Assembly: GCA_964646755.1 (NCBI GenBank)
Contig: CAZYIE010000005.1
Span: 1-61,939 of the forward strand
DNA from: an uncultured Smithella sp.
GTDB taxonomy: Bacteria > Desulfobacterota > Syntrophia > Syntrophales > Smithellaceae
DNA length: 61,939 bases
Direction: 5' to 3'
How positions within the stretch are numbered: the stretch's first letter is position 1; the number at the start of each line of letters is the position of its first letter. The translations under genes and the position numbers were made by a program. This document shows, in pieces, positions 36,846 to 46,231 of this stretch. The notes under the pieces are model-generated. The model was not told where the DNA came from. It ran no database searches and saw only the letters and a list, made by a program, of their open reading frames with translations.

Positions 36846-39425
36846 CTACAGTTTTCGCTCTACTTTCTCGGTTGTATACGCTTCAATAATATCGCCAACA
36901 CGAATATCGTTAAAACCTTCAATGCCGATACCGCATTCAAAGCCCGTTTGCACTTCTTTCGCGTCGTCTTTAAAACGCCTCAATGACAGTATCTTACCAT
37001 CGAAAATCACTATACTGTCCCGGACCAATTTCAGACCGGCACTGCGGGTAATTTTGCCATCGGTAACATAGCTGCCGGCAATAGTACCCACTTTGGGTAC
37101 TTTAAAAGTCTCCCGAACTTCGGCACGTCCCAAAACAACTTCCTTGTATTCCGGATCCAACAGCCCTTCCATTGCCGCCCGCACATCGGCAATCACATTG
37201 TAAATAATATCATAAAGCTTTATTTCCACGCCTTCGGTTTGGGCAATTTCAACCACGCGTGCATCCGGACGAACATTAAATCCGATAATGATCGCATTGG
37301 AAGCGGAGGCCAGCATGACGTCTGTTTCACTGATGGCGCCGGTTGAACTATGAATAAGTTTCATCCGGACATCGTCGGTGGAAAGTTTGTGTAGGGCATC
37401 GGCAATAGCTTCAATCGAACCTTGCACATCACCCTTAATTATAATGTTGCAGTCTTTCACACCTTCTTTTATCTTTTGATACAATTGCTCTAAGGTGATT
37501 TTGGAAGAAGCGGAAAGTACTTTTTCTCTTGCTTTTCTCAGCCAGTAGTCCGCGATATTACGCGCCTTCTTTTCGTCCTCGACGACGAAAAATTCCGCTC
37601 CCGTTTGGGGAACATTGGAAAAACCGATAACTTCAACCGGAGTGGATGGTTTGGCTTCTTTGACGCGTCGTCCCTGATCATTATTCATAGCCCGTACACG
37701 CCCGGATTCCGTTTTCGATACAAAGGCATCTCCTTCGCGGAGAGTTCCCTGTTGGATCAGGACAGTTGCGACAGGACCGCGTCCACGATCCAATTTAGCT
37801 TCAATAATGATCCCCCGGGCAGAACGATCAGGATCGGCTTTAAGCTCTAAAACGTCAGCCTGCAACAAGATCATCTCCAACAGACTTTCGATTCCGGTCT
37901 TTTTCTTGGCGGAAACTTCACAGAAGATAGTATCACCACCCCATTGTTCGGATAACAGACCATGCTCAGTCAGGCTTTGTTTAATCTTTTCCGGTTCAGC
38001 GCCTGGTTTATCAATTTTATTGATGGCTACAATAATAGGTACTCCGGCAACTTTGGAATGATTAATCGCTTCCACGGTTTGCCCCATGACACCGTCATCA
38101 GCAGCCACAACAAGAACAACAATATCAGTTACCTGCGCACCGCGGGCACGCATAGCTGTAAATGCTTCGTGACCGGGCGTATCCAAAAAAACTATATCCC
38201 GGTTATTAATATTTACATGATAAGCACCTATGGCCTGGGTAATGCCACCTGCTTCACCGGCAATAACATTGGTTTGACGAATAACATCCAAAAGAGATGT
38301 TTTCCCATGATCGACATGTCCCATAATTGTAACAACGGGAGCACGGGGCTTGAGGCTCTCCGGGGTGATCTCTGTATTTAAAATGGCTTCGTCAAACTCG
38401 GCTTCTGCTTGTTCGACCTGAAAACTAAATTCACCAGCAATCAGTATCGCAATATCATAATCGATCGCCTGATTGATTGTAGCCATAACGCCCATTGCCA
38501 TCAATTTATTGATTACTTCACTGGCCTTGACGCCCATTCTCTTGGCAAGATCGCCAACCGAAATTGTTTCGGCAATCTTAAGTCGCCGCTTAATGGCTTT
38601 GGGTACCGTAATTTCCGTTTTCCTCATCTTGACGGGAGCGGCCCTCTTATCATCCCGCGATTTGGGAAAAATTACCTCTCTGTCATCATCCTGCTTGCGT
38701 AATTTCTTTTCAATTTTTTTCTCTAAGACTTTGCGACGAGGCGCTTCTTTATCTTCCTCAATAAGCACCTCAACCGGCACCTTGCCCTTTTTCTTTGGTT
38801 TTTCAAATTCTCTCTTTATTGGTTTTTCCACCGGAGAAACAGCTGCTTTCTCACCGGGCTTTAAAGGCGCCTTCGGTGGAATTTCTTTTTTCGGTTCCGC
38901 TTGTATAATCTTGTGTCGGGAAATTACCGGTGGGCGAACGGGAATAATTTGAGGCTTTGGTTTCTCCGCTGCCGGAGCTTTAAGAGCAGATTCAGCTTCA
39001 ATCTTAGCGTCAACCTTCTCCACGGTTGCTTCTTTCGCGGGATATTCTTTTTCGGAATAAACTAAAACTGACTCCGCGGCGGCGACTTCAGTATATGTGG
39101 GAACGGCTGGAGATATTTCTTTTTTCTCGTCAAGTTCCTGTTGGGCGTGTGTCTCGACGGTTATTTCTATCTCTTCCGAATCGGTAGTTTCCTCTAAAGG
39201 AGTACGGACTGCACGGCGGCGAATAACTGTTGATTTTATTCTTTGCTCTACAACTTGCCTTGGCTCACGAGCTAGCAATTCGCTCTTTATTCTTTCCACC
39301 TCATCATCTTCTAAGGAACTGGAATGAGACTTAACTATAATGCCTATTCTTTCCAGATGCGTGATCAGATCTTTATTTTCGAGGCCCAGTTCTTTGGCCA
39401 ATTCATAAACTCGCTTTTTAGGCAT
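36846..39425 (-). CDS. infB: Translation initiation factor IF-2
   Basis: N-terminal RVYELAKEL; [12 protein letters not shown]; DTPGHEAF; NKID; GFECG. Confidence 0.98.
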   Translation of the reverse strand: MPKKRVYELAKELGLENKDLITHLERIGIIVKSHSSSLEDDEVERIKSELLAREPRQVVEQRIKSTVIRRRAVRTPLEETTDSEEIEITVETHAQQELDEKKEISPAVPTYTEVAAAESVLVYSEKEYPAKEATVEKVDAKIEAESALKAPAAEKPKPQIIPVRPPVISRHKIIQAEPKKEIPPKAPLKPGEKAAVSPVEKPIKREFEKPKKKGKVPVEVLIEEDKEAPRRKVLEKKIEKKLRKQDDDREVIFPKSRDDKRAAPVKMRKTEITVPKAIKRRLKIAETISVGDLAKRMGVKASEVINKLMAMGVMATINQAIDYDIAILIAGEFSFQVEQAEAEFDEAILNTEITPESLKPRAPVVTIMGHVDHGKTSLLDVIRQTNVIAGEAGGITQAIGAYHVNINNRDIVFLDTPGHEAFTAMRARGAQVTDIVVLVVAADDGVMGQTVEAINHSKVAGVPIIVAINKIDKPGAEPEKIKQSLTEHGLLSEQWGGDTIFCEVSAKKKTGIESLLEMILLQADVLELKADPDRSARGIIIEAKLDRGRGPVATVLIQQGTLREGDAFVSKTESGRVRAMNNDQGRRVKEAKPSTPVEVIGFSNVPQTGAEFFVVEDEKKARNIADYWLRKAREKVLSASSKITLEQLYQKIKEGVKDCNIIIKGDVQGSIEAIADALHKLSTDDVRMKLIHSSTGAISETDVMLASASNAIIIGFNVRPDARVVEIAQTEGVEIKLYDIIYNVIADVRAAMEGLLDPEYKEVVLGRAEVRETFKVPKVGTIAGSYVTDGKITRSAGLKLVRDSIVIFDGKILSLRRFKDDAKEVQTGFECGIGIEGFNDIRVGDIIEAYTTEKVERKL

Positions 39426-39465
39426 GCACGAAACTCCCCAAATTAAATTTCACCATACTGAAGCA

Positions 39466-40725
39466 CTAAGTTCTCTTGCTGTTTGCTTCTTTATCGAAAA
39501 TTTTACCAGCATCTTCAATCCACTGCTTGGCCATTGCTTCGTCCACATCGGGAATCAAAGACAACATTTCCGGTTCAGCTGCGGCGAGCATAGCAATGCT
39601 TTTAATGCCTTTATTGAAAATCTTTTCGGCCATCGCCGGTTCAATACCAGCAATTTCCTCCAGAGCTTTATGGCCTTCTTCATCTTTAGCGGCAGCCATT
39701 GTTTCACTTTTCATATCAATTTTCCATCCGGTCAGCTTGACGGCCAGACGGACATTTTGCCCGTTTTTACCGATGGCCAGAGAAAGCTGATCATCAGGCA
39801 CAATTACTAACATTGTCCGGTTTTCGTCATCAATAAATACACGGTTAACCTTAGCCGGGGATAAAGCCGAACTCACATATTTGGCGGCATCTTCCGTGTA
39901 AGGAATAATATCAATTTTTTCACCGCGCAATTCCTGCACGACACTCTGGACACGTGAGCCTCTCATACCGACGCAGGCGCCAACCGGATCAATGTCCTTG
40001 TCTTTGGCTTTAACGGAAATTTTGCCTCGTTTGCCTGGTTCTCTGACCACACTCACGATATCAATCAATCCTTCGGAAATTTCCGGGACCTCTACCTCAA
40101 AAAGTGCCTTCAAGAAGGATGGATGGGTGCGCGATAAAAGTATCTGCGATCCCTTGGAATTCTTTTTTACGTCGACGATATAAGAACGAATTCTTTCGCC
40201 GCGCTTATATGTTTCACGATGAATCTGCTCAACCGGCGGCAAAACGCCTTCCGCACGTCCCAGGTTAACAATAATACTGCCACCCTCAAATCGTTGAACA
40301 AAGCCGTTGACCAGCTCGCCTTTTCGATCCTTATATTCGTCAAAAATGTTATCGCGTTCGGCGTCTTTGACCCGTTGAATAATAATTTGCTTGGCCATTT
40401 GCACGGCAATACGGCCAAAGGAACTCGTTTCGATCTTCATTCCCAGGCTGTCACCGCACTCGGCGTCTTCATCAAGCGTACTTTTTGCTTCTTCTTTGGC
40501 AATTTGTGTTTCGCGATCAAGCACCTTATCAACGACTGTTTTGAATTGAAAAACTTCAATTTCTCCTGCCTCATCGTTATAATGGGCTTCGATATCAACA
40601 TGCTGCCCCAATTTTTTGCGCGCAGCCGTAAGCATTGCCGCTTCAAGAGCTTCGGTAATGATCTGCTTATCTATACCTCTGTCCTTACCCATCTGCTCAA
40701 TCAGACGTTTAAGTTCTGGAAACAT
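39466..40725 (-). CDS. nusA: Transcription elongation factor NusA
   Basis: FGRIAVQMAKQ, REPGKRGK, DPVGACVGMRGSR and AIGKNGQNVRLA motifs; C-terminal HhH. Confidence 0.97.
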   Translation of the reverse strand: MFPELKRLIEQMGKDRGIDKQIITEALEAAMLTAARKKLGQHVDIEAHYNDEAGEIEVFQFKTVVDKVLDRETQIAKEEAKSTLDEDAECGDSLGMKIETSSFGRIAVQMAKQIIIQRVKDAERDNIFDEYKDRKGELVNGFVQRFEGGSIIVNLGRAEGVLPPVEQIHRETYKRGERIRSYIVDVKKNSKGSQILLSRTHPSFLKALFEVEVPEISEGLIDIVSVVREPGKRGKISVKAKDKDIDPVGACVGMRGSRVQSVVQELRGEKIDIIPYTEDAAKYVSSALSPAKVNRVFIDDENRTMLVIVPDDQLSLAIGKNGQNVRLAVKLTGWKIDMKSETMAAAKDEEGHKALEEIAGIEPAMAEKIFNKGIKSIAMLAAAEPEMLSLIPDVDEAMAKQWIEDAGKIFDKEANSKRT

Positions 40726-40822
40726 TTACAAATTCCTCCCTCTTTCTTCGCTGATGTAAAAACAAAATTTCAGCCTGTCGGCATTAATTCCCAAAATATT
40801 GAACAAAACTGTCGCAATTTAT

Positions 40823-41293
40823 TTATCCGGTGTCGGCCAGATTTGCTTTGATAATTTCCGCCTTGGGAATCCGGTATTTTTTCCCGGAAACTTCTACAAC
40901 AATCACAATCCTGCCGTCTTCTTCTATAAAATCATCGAGATGACCTTGAAAATTTTTCACCCCGTCAATTTTTGCACTTGTTCTGATATTTACTAAAGAA
41001 CCCCTGTATTTCAGAAAATCCTGATCGCGCGATATCGGCCGGTCAAACCCGGGAGAAGAAACCTCCAGAGTGTATTGAGTGTCAACCAGATCATTGATAT
41101 CAAAGATATCTCCGAGTTGATTGCTGACGACCGCACAATCATCAAGCGTAACACCGCCTTCCTTATCCAGATAGAGCCCGATTATCCAGCGCGACTGCAT
41201 TTTAAGGCATTCGACATGGATCAACTCCATTCCTTCCGCCGCAACAACCGGGCAGGCAAGCTGTCTTACTTTTTCCTTTAAATCATCAAACAT
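40823..41293 (-). CDS. rimP: Ribosome maturation factor RimP
   Basis: GVTLDDC and YTLEVSSPGFDRP motifs; first gene of the nusA operon. Confidence 0.95.
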   Translation of the reverse strand: MFDDLKEKVRQLACPVVAAEGMELIHVECLKMQSRWIIGLYLDKEGGVTLDDCAVVSNQLGDIFDINDLVDTQYTLEVSSPGFDRPISRDQDFLKYRGSLVNIRTSAKIDGVKNFQGHLDDFIEEDGRIVIVVEVSGKKYRIPKAEIIKANLADTG

Positions 41294-41302
41294 AATGGCT
41301 CA

Positions 41303-41331
41303 GAAAATAAAAAAGTGGGCAAAAGCCCACT
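41303..41331 (-). promoter_or_regulatory. rimP leader terminator-like hairpin
   Basis: Minus strand AGTGGGC-TTTT-GCCCACT followed by TTTTTATTTT just before the rimP ATG; such leaders are known ahead of rimP-nusA. Confidence 0.7.
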
Positions 41332-41487
41332 CAAATTTACACAGAAAGCGATGGTTTGTTGTTTAGCTAGCACACTAAAACTGGCAATGCAAGAAAAAAA
41401 TGCTGCAACCATTGCCTGCCGGGCTTGTCACCACGGGTATAAATTTCAAAGCGGGCTTTGGAATTTATACGCTCCGCTGTGCGGGAT

Positions 41488-41609
41488 AATTCGACTAACG
41501 AACATCAATTAGCTTCGCTTTTTGAAACAGGTGTCGTTAACCCCGCATGCGCGGGGTAATTCGACTTACGCACTTCATTTCGCTTCGCTCTTGAAGTGCG
41601 AGTCTCATT
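41488..41609. repeat. Two tandem AATTCGACT...CTTCGC...AGTCTCATT structured units (period 70 nt) abutting the tRNA 3' end; the first is degenerate
   Basis: AATTCGACT at 41488 and 41558; CGCACTTCA/TGAAGTGCG stem in the second unit; AGTCTCATT at 41601-41609. Confidence 0.65.
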
Positions 41610-41611
41610 AT

Positions 41612-41686
41612 TGGAGCGGGCGACCGGGCTCGAACCGGCGACGTCCAGCTTGGGAAGCTGACATTCTACCACTGAATTACGCCCGC
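41612..41686 (-). tRNA. tRNA-Gly (anticodon CCC)
   Basis: 75 nt folded by hand: GCGGGCG/CGCCCGC acceptor stem, TTCCCAA anticodon loop, GGTTCGAGCCC T-arm, encoded CCA. Confidence 0.97.
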
Positions 41687-41804
41687 TCAAGCAAAAGCTA
41701 TCCGTCCCTGTGATTCTGAAAACGATGGAACGCAATTTGGAGAGGAATCTTATTCAACTTAGGCTATTTGTCAAGATATTTCTGGAAAGGCACCTTAATT
41801 ACTG

Positions 41805-41890
41805 GATCCTTCGGCTCGCTCTACTCGCTCAGGATCAATTCGACTAAGGCTTTTTCCTGCGGCTTCGCCTTGAAAAAACCAAGTCTCATT
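41805..41890. repeat. Third structured unit (GATCCT/AGGATC hairpin + AATTCGACT...CTTCGC...AGTCTCATT) upstream of the tRNA
   Basis: AATTCGACT at 41837 and AGTCTCATT at 41882-41890, with a different internal stem (GGCTTTTT/AAAAAACC). Confidence 0.65.
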
Positions 41891-42027
41891 GATTTGTCTT
41901 GACAGCAGACTGCGCTTTTTCTATTTTGCTTTATGCACTCGGCACAATCGGTGGGGTATCTAAAGTAATTGTTAATCTTAACTAATTTTGGATTTGTAAC
42001 TTACGTATGTAATTAAGGAGGAAGATT

Positions 42028-42600
42028 ATGAATGTTGTAGCCTTAAACGGCAGTGCCCGAAAAGACGGTAACACGGCAATCCTGCTGAACATTGTTTTAG
42101 ATGAGCTAAAGAAGGAAGGCATCCAGAGTGAACTGATCCAACTGTCAGGACAATCAATAGACGGTTGCAGAGCCTGCTATAAGTGTTTTAAGAATAAGGA
42201 TCGGCGTTGCGTTGTAAAAAAAGATATCCTCAACGAACTGCTGGGAAAAATGGAAAGTGCCGACGGCATACTGCTAGGTTCGCCGACCTACTTTTCCGAT
42301 GTCTCCGCGGGTATGCGGGCATTTATCGAGCGCAGCGGTTTTGTCGCCCGGGCCAACGATTACATGTTCAAACGAAAAGTCGGAGCCTCAGTTGTTGCCG
42401 TCCGGCGGGCCGGAGCAATTCCCGCCTTTAATTCTCTGAACCTGTTTCTTCATTACATGCAAATGGTCATGCCGGGCGCCAGTTACTGGAGCATAGGCAT
42501 CGGCCGAGACCCCGGCGACGTGCTGAAAGATGAAGAGGGCATACTGACAATGAAAACTCTGGGACAGAACATGGCCTGGCTGATGAAAAAGCTGGCTTAA
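42028..42600 (+). CDS. Iron-sulfur flavoprotein (Isf)/flavodoxin-family protein
   Basis: NGSARKDGNT FMN loop; compact CRACYKC...RC cluster motif; GSPTYF; RRAGA. Confidence 0.88.
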   Translation: MNVVALNGSARKDGNTAILLNIVLDELKKEGIQSELIQLSGQSIDGCRACYKCFKNKDRRCVVKKDILNELLGKMESADGILLGSPTYFSDVSAGMRAFIERSGFVARANDYMFKRKVGASVVAVRRAGAIPAFNSLNLFLHYMQMVMPGASYWSIGIGRDPGDVLKDEEGILTMKTLGQNMAWLMKKLA

Positions 42601-42606
42601 TGGAAA

Positions 42607-42640
42607 TCTGTAGAGACTTTGCCGGCAAAGTCTCTACAGA
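42607..42640. repeat. Perfect 34-bp palindrome of GTAGAGAC...GTCTCTAC REP type between convergent genes
   Basis: TCTGTAGAGACTTTGCC/GGCAAAGTCTCTACAGA is its own reverse complement. Confidence 0.8.
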
Positions 42641-42648
42641 CAACTGCC

Positions 42649-44220
42649 CTATTCAGATATGCCGATCTCCAGAATACGATCAACATTAAAGCGGCGATTT
42701 TCCTGACTTGACAGGCAAAAAGCATCCAATCCCAGATAGGGGTAGCCTTTATATTCCATTGCGCCGACTCGCAGCGGACGGATCAATCTACGGGATTTTT
42801 CATCCTGCCCCTTGAGGTAGAGGATTTCGATATTTCTCTTTTCATTAATCGCTTCCTCGATGATTTGCAACTTATCTTCACGGCTGAGGGTTTTGGCAGA
42901 CTGAGCGTACTGAATGCCCGTGAGAAACTTCACCACCTGCCAATCCATCATAATATGTTTTTTCGTAAGCGGCTGTTTGAGTACAATGCCACCCAGAGTG
43001 GTGCAACGCGACAGTGCTACGTACATCTGTCCGTGGGCAAACGTGCCGCGTCCCACATCAATGACGACGTTTTCAAAGGTTTTCCCCTGGCTCTTATGAA
43101 TGGTCACGGCAAAAGCCAGACGTACCGGATATTGTTTGAACGAACCGACTTCTTCGGAACGCAACTCTTCATTTTTCACAAAAAACCGGTAGATTTTCCA
43201 GGTGTAGGGAGAAATGCGCGCCGTATCGCCGTTGTCCAGTTCGGCCACAATCACATCCTCGTCGTCATCATCTTTTTCAAACTTTTTTATTTTACCGATG
43301 GTGCCGTTGATCCACTGGCCTAAGGAATCATTATTGAGCAGCATGATCTGTGCTCCCTTTTTCAGATGTAAATCCACAGCAGTCGGCAGATATTCCTTGC
43401 CGAAATCGCCGACAATTTCTCCGGCGGCCTTCCAGATTTTTCCCGGCAGTTCCGCCAGACGCTTTTTGTTAATGGTGTCGGCCAGATCATTTGTACTGGT
43501 CAGCGACAGGTATAAGGAACCGGGAGGCGTTTCAAACTGCGGATCACAACGGGAGTTGAATTTGGCCAGATCGTCGTCAGTTGCACTCCGGTTGCGGATT
43601 GTATTGAGCAAACGGACAAATTCATCATCCTTCTGGCGATAGACTTTTTCCAGCTCCAGAAATTCTATATTTAGTTGGTCAAAAACCTTGGCGCTGAAAA
43701 AATAAGGACTAGAGTAATGGGTCTTGAAAATATCACGCTCGGAGGTAGTGACTACCGGGGGCAACTGATACAAATCACCGATAAAAATCATCTGCACACC
43801 GCCGAATGGCTGCTTTTCCGTAGGACCGTTAAGGCGGAGAAATTTGTCGACGCAGTCGAGCAGATCGGCACGCACCATCGATACTTCGTCAATTACAATT
43901 GTAGTTAGCTTTTTATAAATTGTTGTCTTTTCTTTTCCGGCGCTCTTTTTCTTTTTGATTGATGCCGGTGTTACACTGGGCTTGAAATGAAAAAAGGAAT
44001 GAATTGTCTGGCCGGAAACATTGACCGCCGCCACGCCTGTTGGCGCAAGAATCACCGCTTTCTTTTTAGTGTGATCGCGGAAATAAGTCAGCAGCGTTGA
44101 TTTCCCTGTTCCCGCGCGACCGGTAATCAGAATATTTCTTTGCGAGTCTTCCAGAAGCGTAAGCGCCCGCTGGAATTCGGGATTGAAATCTATTGCGACA
44201 GATTTGGATTTTGCAGTCAT
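42649..44220 (-). CDS. Pif1-family SF1B helicase with C-terminal WYL domain
   Basis: GRAGTGKS, IDEVSM, GDLYQLPPV, VYRQ, AVTIHKSQGKT and YVALSR motifs; C-terminal IEILY...RRLIRP...DAFC...RRFNVDRI WYL pattern. Start at ATG 44220 (AGGA RBS). Confidence 0.87.
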   Translation of the reverse strand: MTAKSKSVAIDFNPEFQRALTLLEDSQRNILITGRAGTGKSTLLTYFRDHTKKKAVILAPTGVAAVNVSGQTIHSFFHFKPSVTPASIKKKKSAGKEKTTIYKKLTTIVIDEVSMVRADLLDCVDKFLRLNGPTEKQPFGGVQMIFIGDLYQLPPVVTTSERDIFKTHYSSPYFFSAKVFDQLNIEFLELEKVYRQKDDEFVRLLNTIRNRSATDDDLAKFNSRCDPQFETPPGSLYLSLTSTNDLADTINKKRLAELPGKIWKAAGEIVGDFGKEYLPTAVDLHLKKGAQIMLLNNDSLGQWINGTIGKIKKFEKDDDDEDVIVAELDNGDTARISPYTWKIYRFFVKNEELRSEEVGSFKQYPVRLAFAVTIHKSQGKTFENVVIDVGRGTFAHGQMYVALSRCTTLGGIVLKQPLTKKHIMMDWQVVKFLTGIQYAQSAKTLSREDKLQIIEEAINEKRNIEILYLKGQDEKSRRLIRPLRVGAMEYKGYPYLGLDAFCLSSQENRRFNVDRILEIGISE

Positions 44221-44677
44221 GATTTTTTCCTGTAGGGCATGCATAAGCATACTTAACGCCTACATTCAAGAACAATGAATTGCATTTATTCACATATAAT
44301 TGTATTAATTACACAATTTAATTATGCATTCCCCGAGAATTGCTAAACACAACACAGATGATTAGGATTTCCAAGGGGAATATTACGTTCAGTCTTCAAA
44401 ATTCAACCGGCATTATGAGGTCGATGCGCCATATATGGATTATCGAAAACAATATATGGTGCATGATGATGGTGATCGAGAAGCGCTTTAATGATTTTTC
44501 ATGTGATACAGAAACCTTACAAGCCCGATGAGTTTATGGTGTTTATCTTGCATAATATAAACAGCTTGTATTAATGTCATGTTTATTGCGACACAAATGA
44601 GTAAGGGCTATTCAATACTGAAAGTCATAAAACTCGAAAGATATAAAAACATAACAATAAGGAGGTAAGCAAAAGAA

Positions 44678-45862
44678 ATGGCAAATTTAAAGGATGTAGT
44701 GATTGTTTCAGCTTGTCGAACCGCCATTGGAGATTTTTTAGGTTCTCTCAAAGACGTATCAATGACTGACATGGCAGTGGCTTGTTTAAAGGAAGCAGTT
44801 AACCGGGTCAGCCTGGACACCAAACTGATCGATGACGTCATTTTAGGAGTAACAGGTTACGATTCCGCCCAGAACAATGTTGGCCGGGTGGCTGCACTGA
44901 AGGCCGGGTTTCCTCCCACAGTTCCCGGCATGACCATTAACCGGGTTTGCCCGTCATCGATGGAAGCCATAGATATAGCTGCCGCACACATTAAACTTGG
45001 CGACATGGATGTGGTTTTGGCCGGGGGAACCGACAACATGACCCAGGCGCCCTTTGTATTGAAAAAACACCGTATGGGTTGCAGAATGCAAAATGATGTG
45101 CTGGTCGATAGTTTGTGGGAAGGTATGAGCGGGGGGGGCAACATCATCATGGGGTTGACCGCGGAAAATCTGGCTGAAAAATATAACATTTCCCGTGAAG
45201 AACAGGATGCGTATGCCTTGCGCAGCCATCAATGCGCCCAGAACGCTACAGAGAAAGGCTGGTTTGCCGAAGAAATCGTTCCGATAACTGTTCCCAAGGG
45301 AAGAGGAAAATTTGAGGAATTCAAAGTTGACGAGCATATTCGATTCAATCTGAAGATAGAAGATCTTGCCAGGTTACAGCCGGCATTTAAGAAGGGTGGC
45401 ACGGTTACCGCCGGCAATGCTTCGGGCTTAAACGATGGAGCCTCAGCAGTGTTGCTGATGTCCTTGGATAAAGCTAAAGAGTTGGGCATTAAACCTCTGG
45501 CTAAAATCATCGGCGGGGCGCTGGCCGCGGTTGAACCGGAACTTATGGGTTATGGACCAGTTCCTGCTACGCAAAAATTGCTGGCCAAGACCGGCATAAA
45601 GCTTTCCGATATCGGGTTAATTGAGGTTAATGAAGCGTTTGCCGCCCAATATCTGGCCGTAGAAAAAGCTCTCGGCCTGAATAGAGAAATAACCAACGTG
45701 AACGGTTCGGGTATTGCACTGGGCCATCCGGGTGGTCCTACCGGAGCCAGACTGGTTATTACATTGATGCATGAGATGAGAAGAAGAGGCGTTAATCTGG
45801 GCTTGGCCTCTCTCTGTGGAGGAAATGGTCCCGCCCGTTCAGTAATTATTGAAGCAATGTAA
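44678..45862 (+). CDS. Acetyl-CoA C-acyltransferase (thiolase)
   Basis: RTAIG, RVCPSSM (nucleophile Cys), GNASGLNDGA, NEAFA, GHP and LCGGNG motifs. Confidence 0.93.
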   Translation: MANLKDVVIVSACRTAIGDFLGSLKDVSMTDMAVACLKEAVNRVSLDTKLIDDVILGVTGYDSAQNNVGRVAALKAGFPPTVPGMTINRVCPSSMEAIDIAAAHIKLGDMDVVLAGGTDNMTQAPFVLKKHRMGCRMQNDVLVDSLWEGMSGGGNIIMGLTAENLAEKYNISREEQDAYALRSHQCAQNATEKGWFAEEIVPITVPKGRGKFEEFKVDEHIRFNLKIEDLARLQPAFKKGGTVTAGNASGLNDGASAVLLMSLDKAKELGIKPLAKIIGGALAAVEPELMGYGPVPATQKLLAKTGIKLSDIGLIEVNEAFAAQYLAVEKALGLNREITNVNGSGIALGHPGGPTGARLVITLMHEMRRRGVNLGLASLCGGNGPARSVIIEAM

Positions 45863-46231
45863 TCATTTTGAACAACTTAAAATATAAACGCTTTTCTTTG
45901 GGTATGCACACCTAGAGCTGTGCATACCCGGAGGAAATCCCAAATACTTATCTCCCTTGCCCTCTGACAGAACTCTTGTCTTAACTTGCCTGCTCTTAAA
46001 GATGGCATTTTCCTTATAACTGATTTCAGCGACACGAACACCGCGGCGAAACAACCATTACCGATGCTGTCCTTGATCCTCTCCTTTACAATCAGCAGAA
46101 AATACCATAACAAAAGAACTAAAAGATAAATTTCATAGCTTGCAATGAAAAAATATATTGTGAGAAAATAACTACAGCAATCAGACAAAGGATGACATAT
46201 TAAATCTTAAACAAAAATTGGAGAAGAGTAT

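Noticed and set aside
41488-41890. Possible CRISPR array
   Set aside because: Only three units, irregular spacing, interrupted by a tRNA, variable internal stems, and no cas genes. No CRISPR array was seen anywhere in the window.
41997-42016. ACTTAC-GTAT-GTAATT palindrome before the Isf gene as an HxlR-type operator
   Set aside because: Only a 4-bp perfect arm and no regulator gene nearby.
44276-44318. TGAAT-N7-ATTCA and AATTGT-N9-ACAATT palindromes upstream of the helicase
   Set aside because: Short and in very AT-rich sequence, so likely by chance.
44575-44592. Sigma54-like promoter (TGTCAT-N5-TTGC) upstream of the thiolase
   Set aside because: Lacks the invariant GG at -24.
45863-46231. 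Two short minus-strand ORFs and an 11-bp hairpin (45900-45929) between the thiolase and CoA-transferase genes
   Set aside because: No recognisable protein motif; the hairpin has no U-tract on either strand; function cannot be supported.
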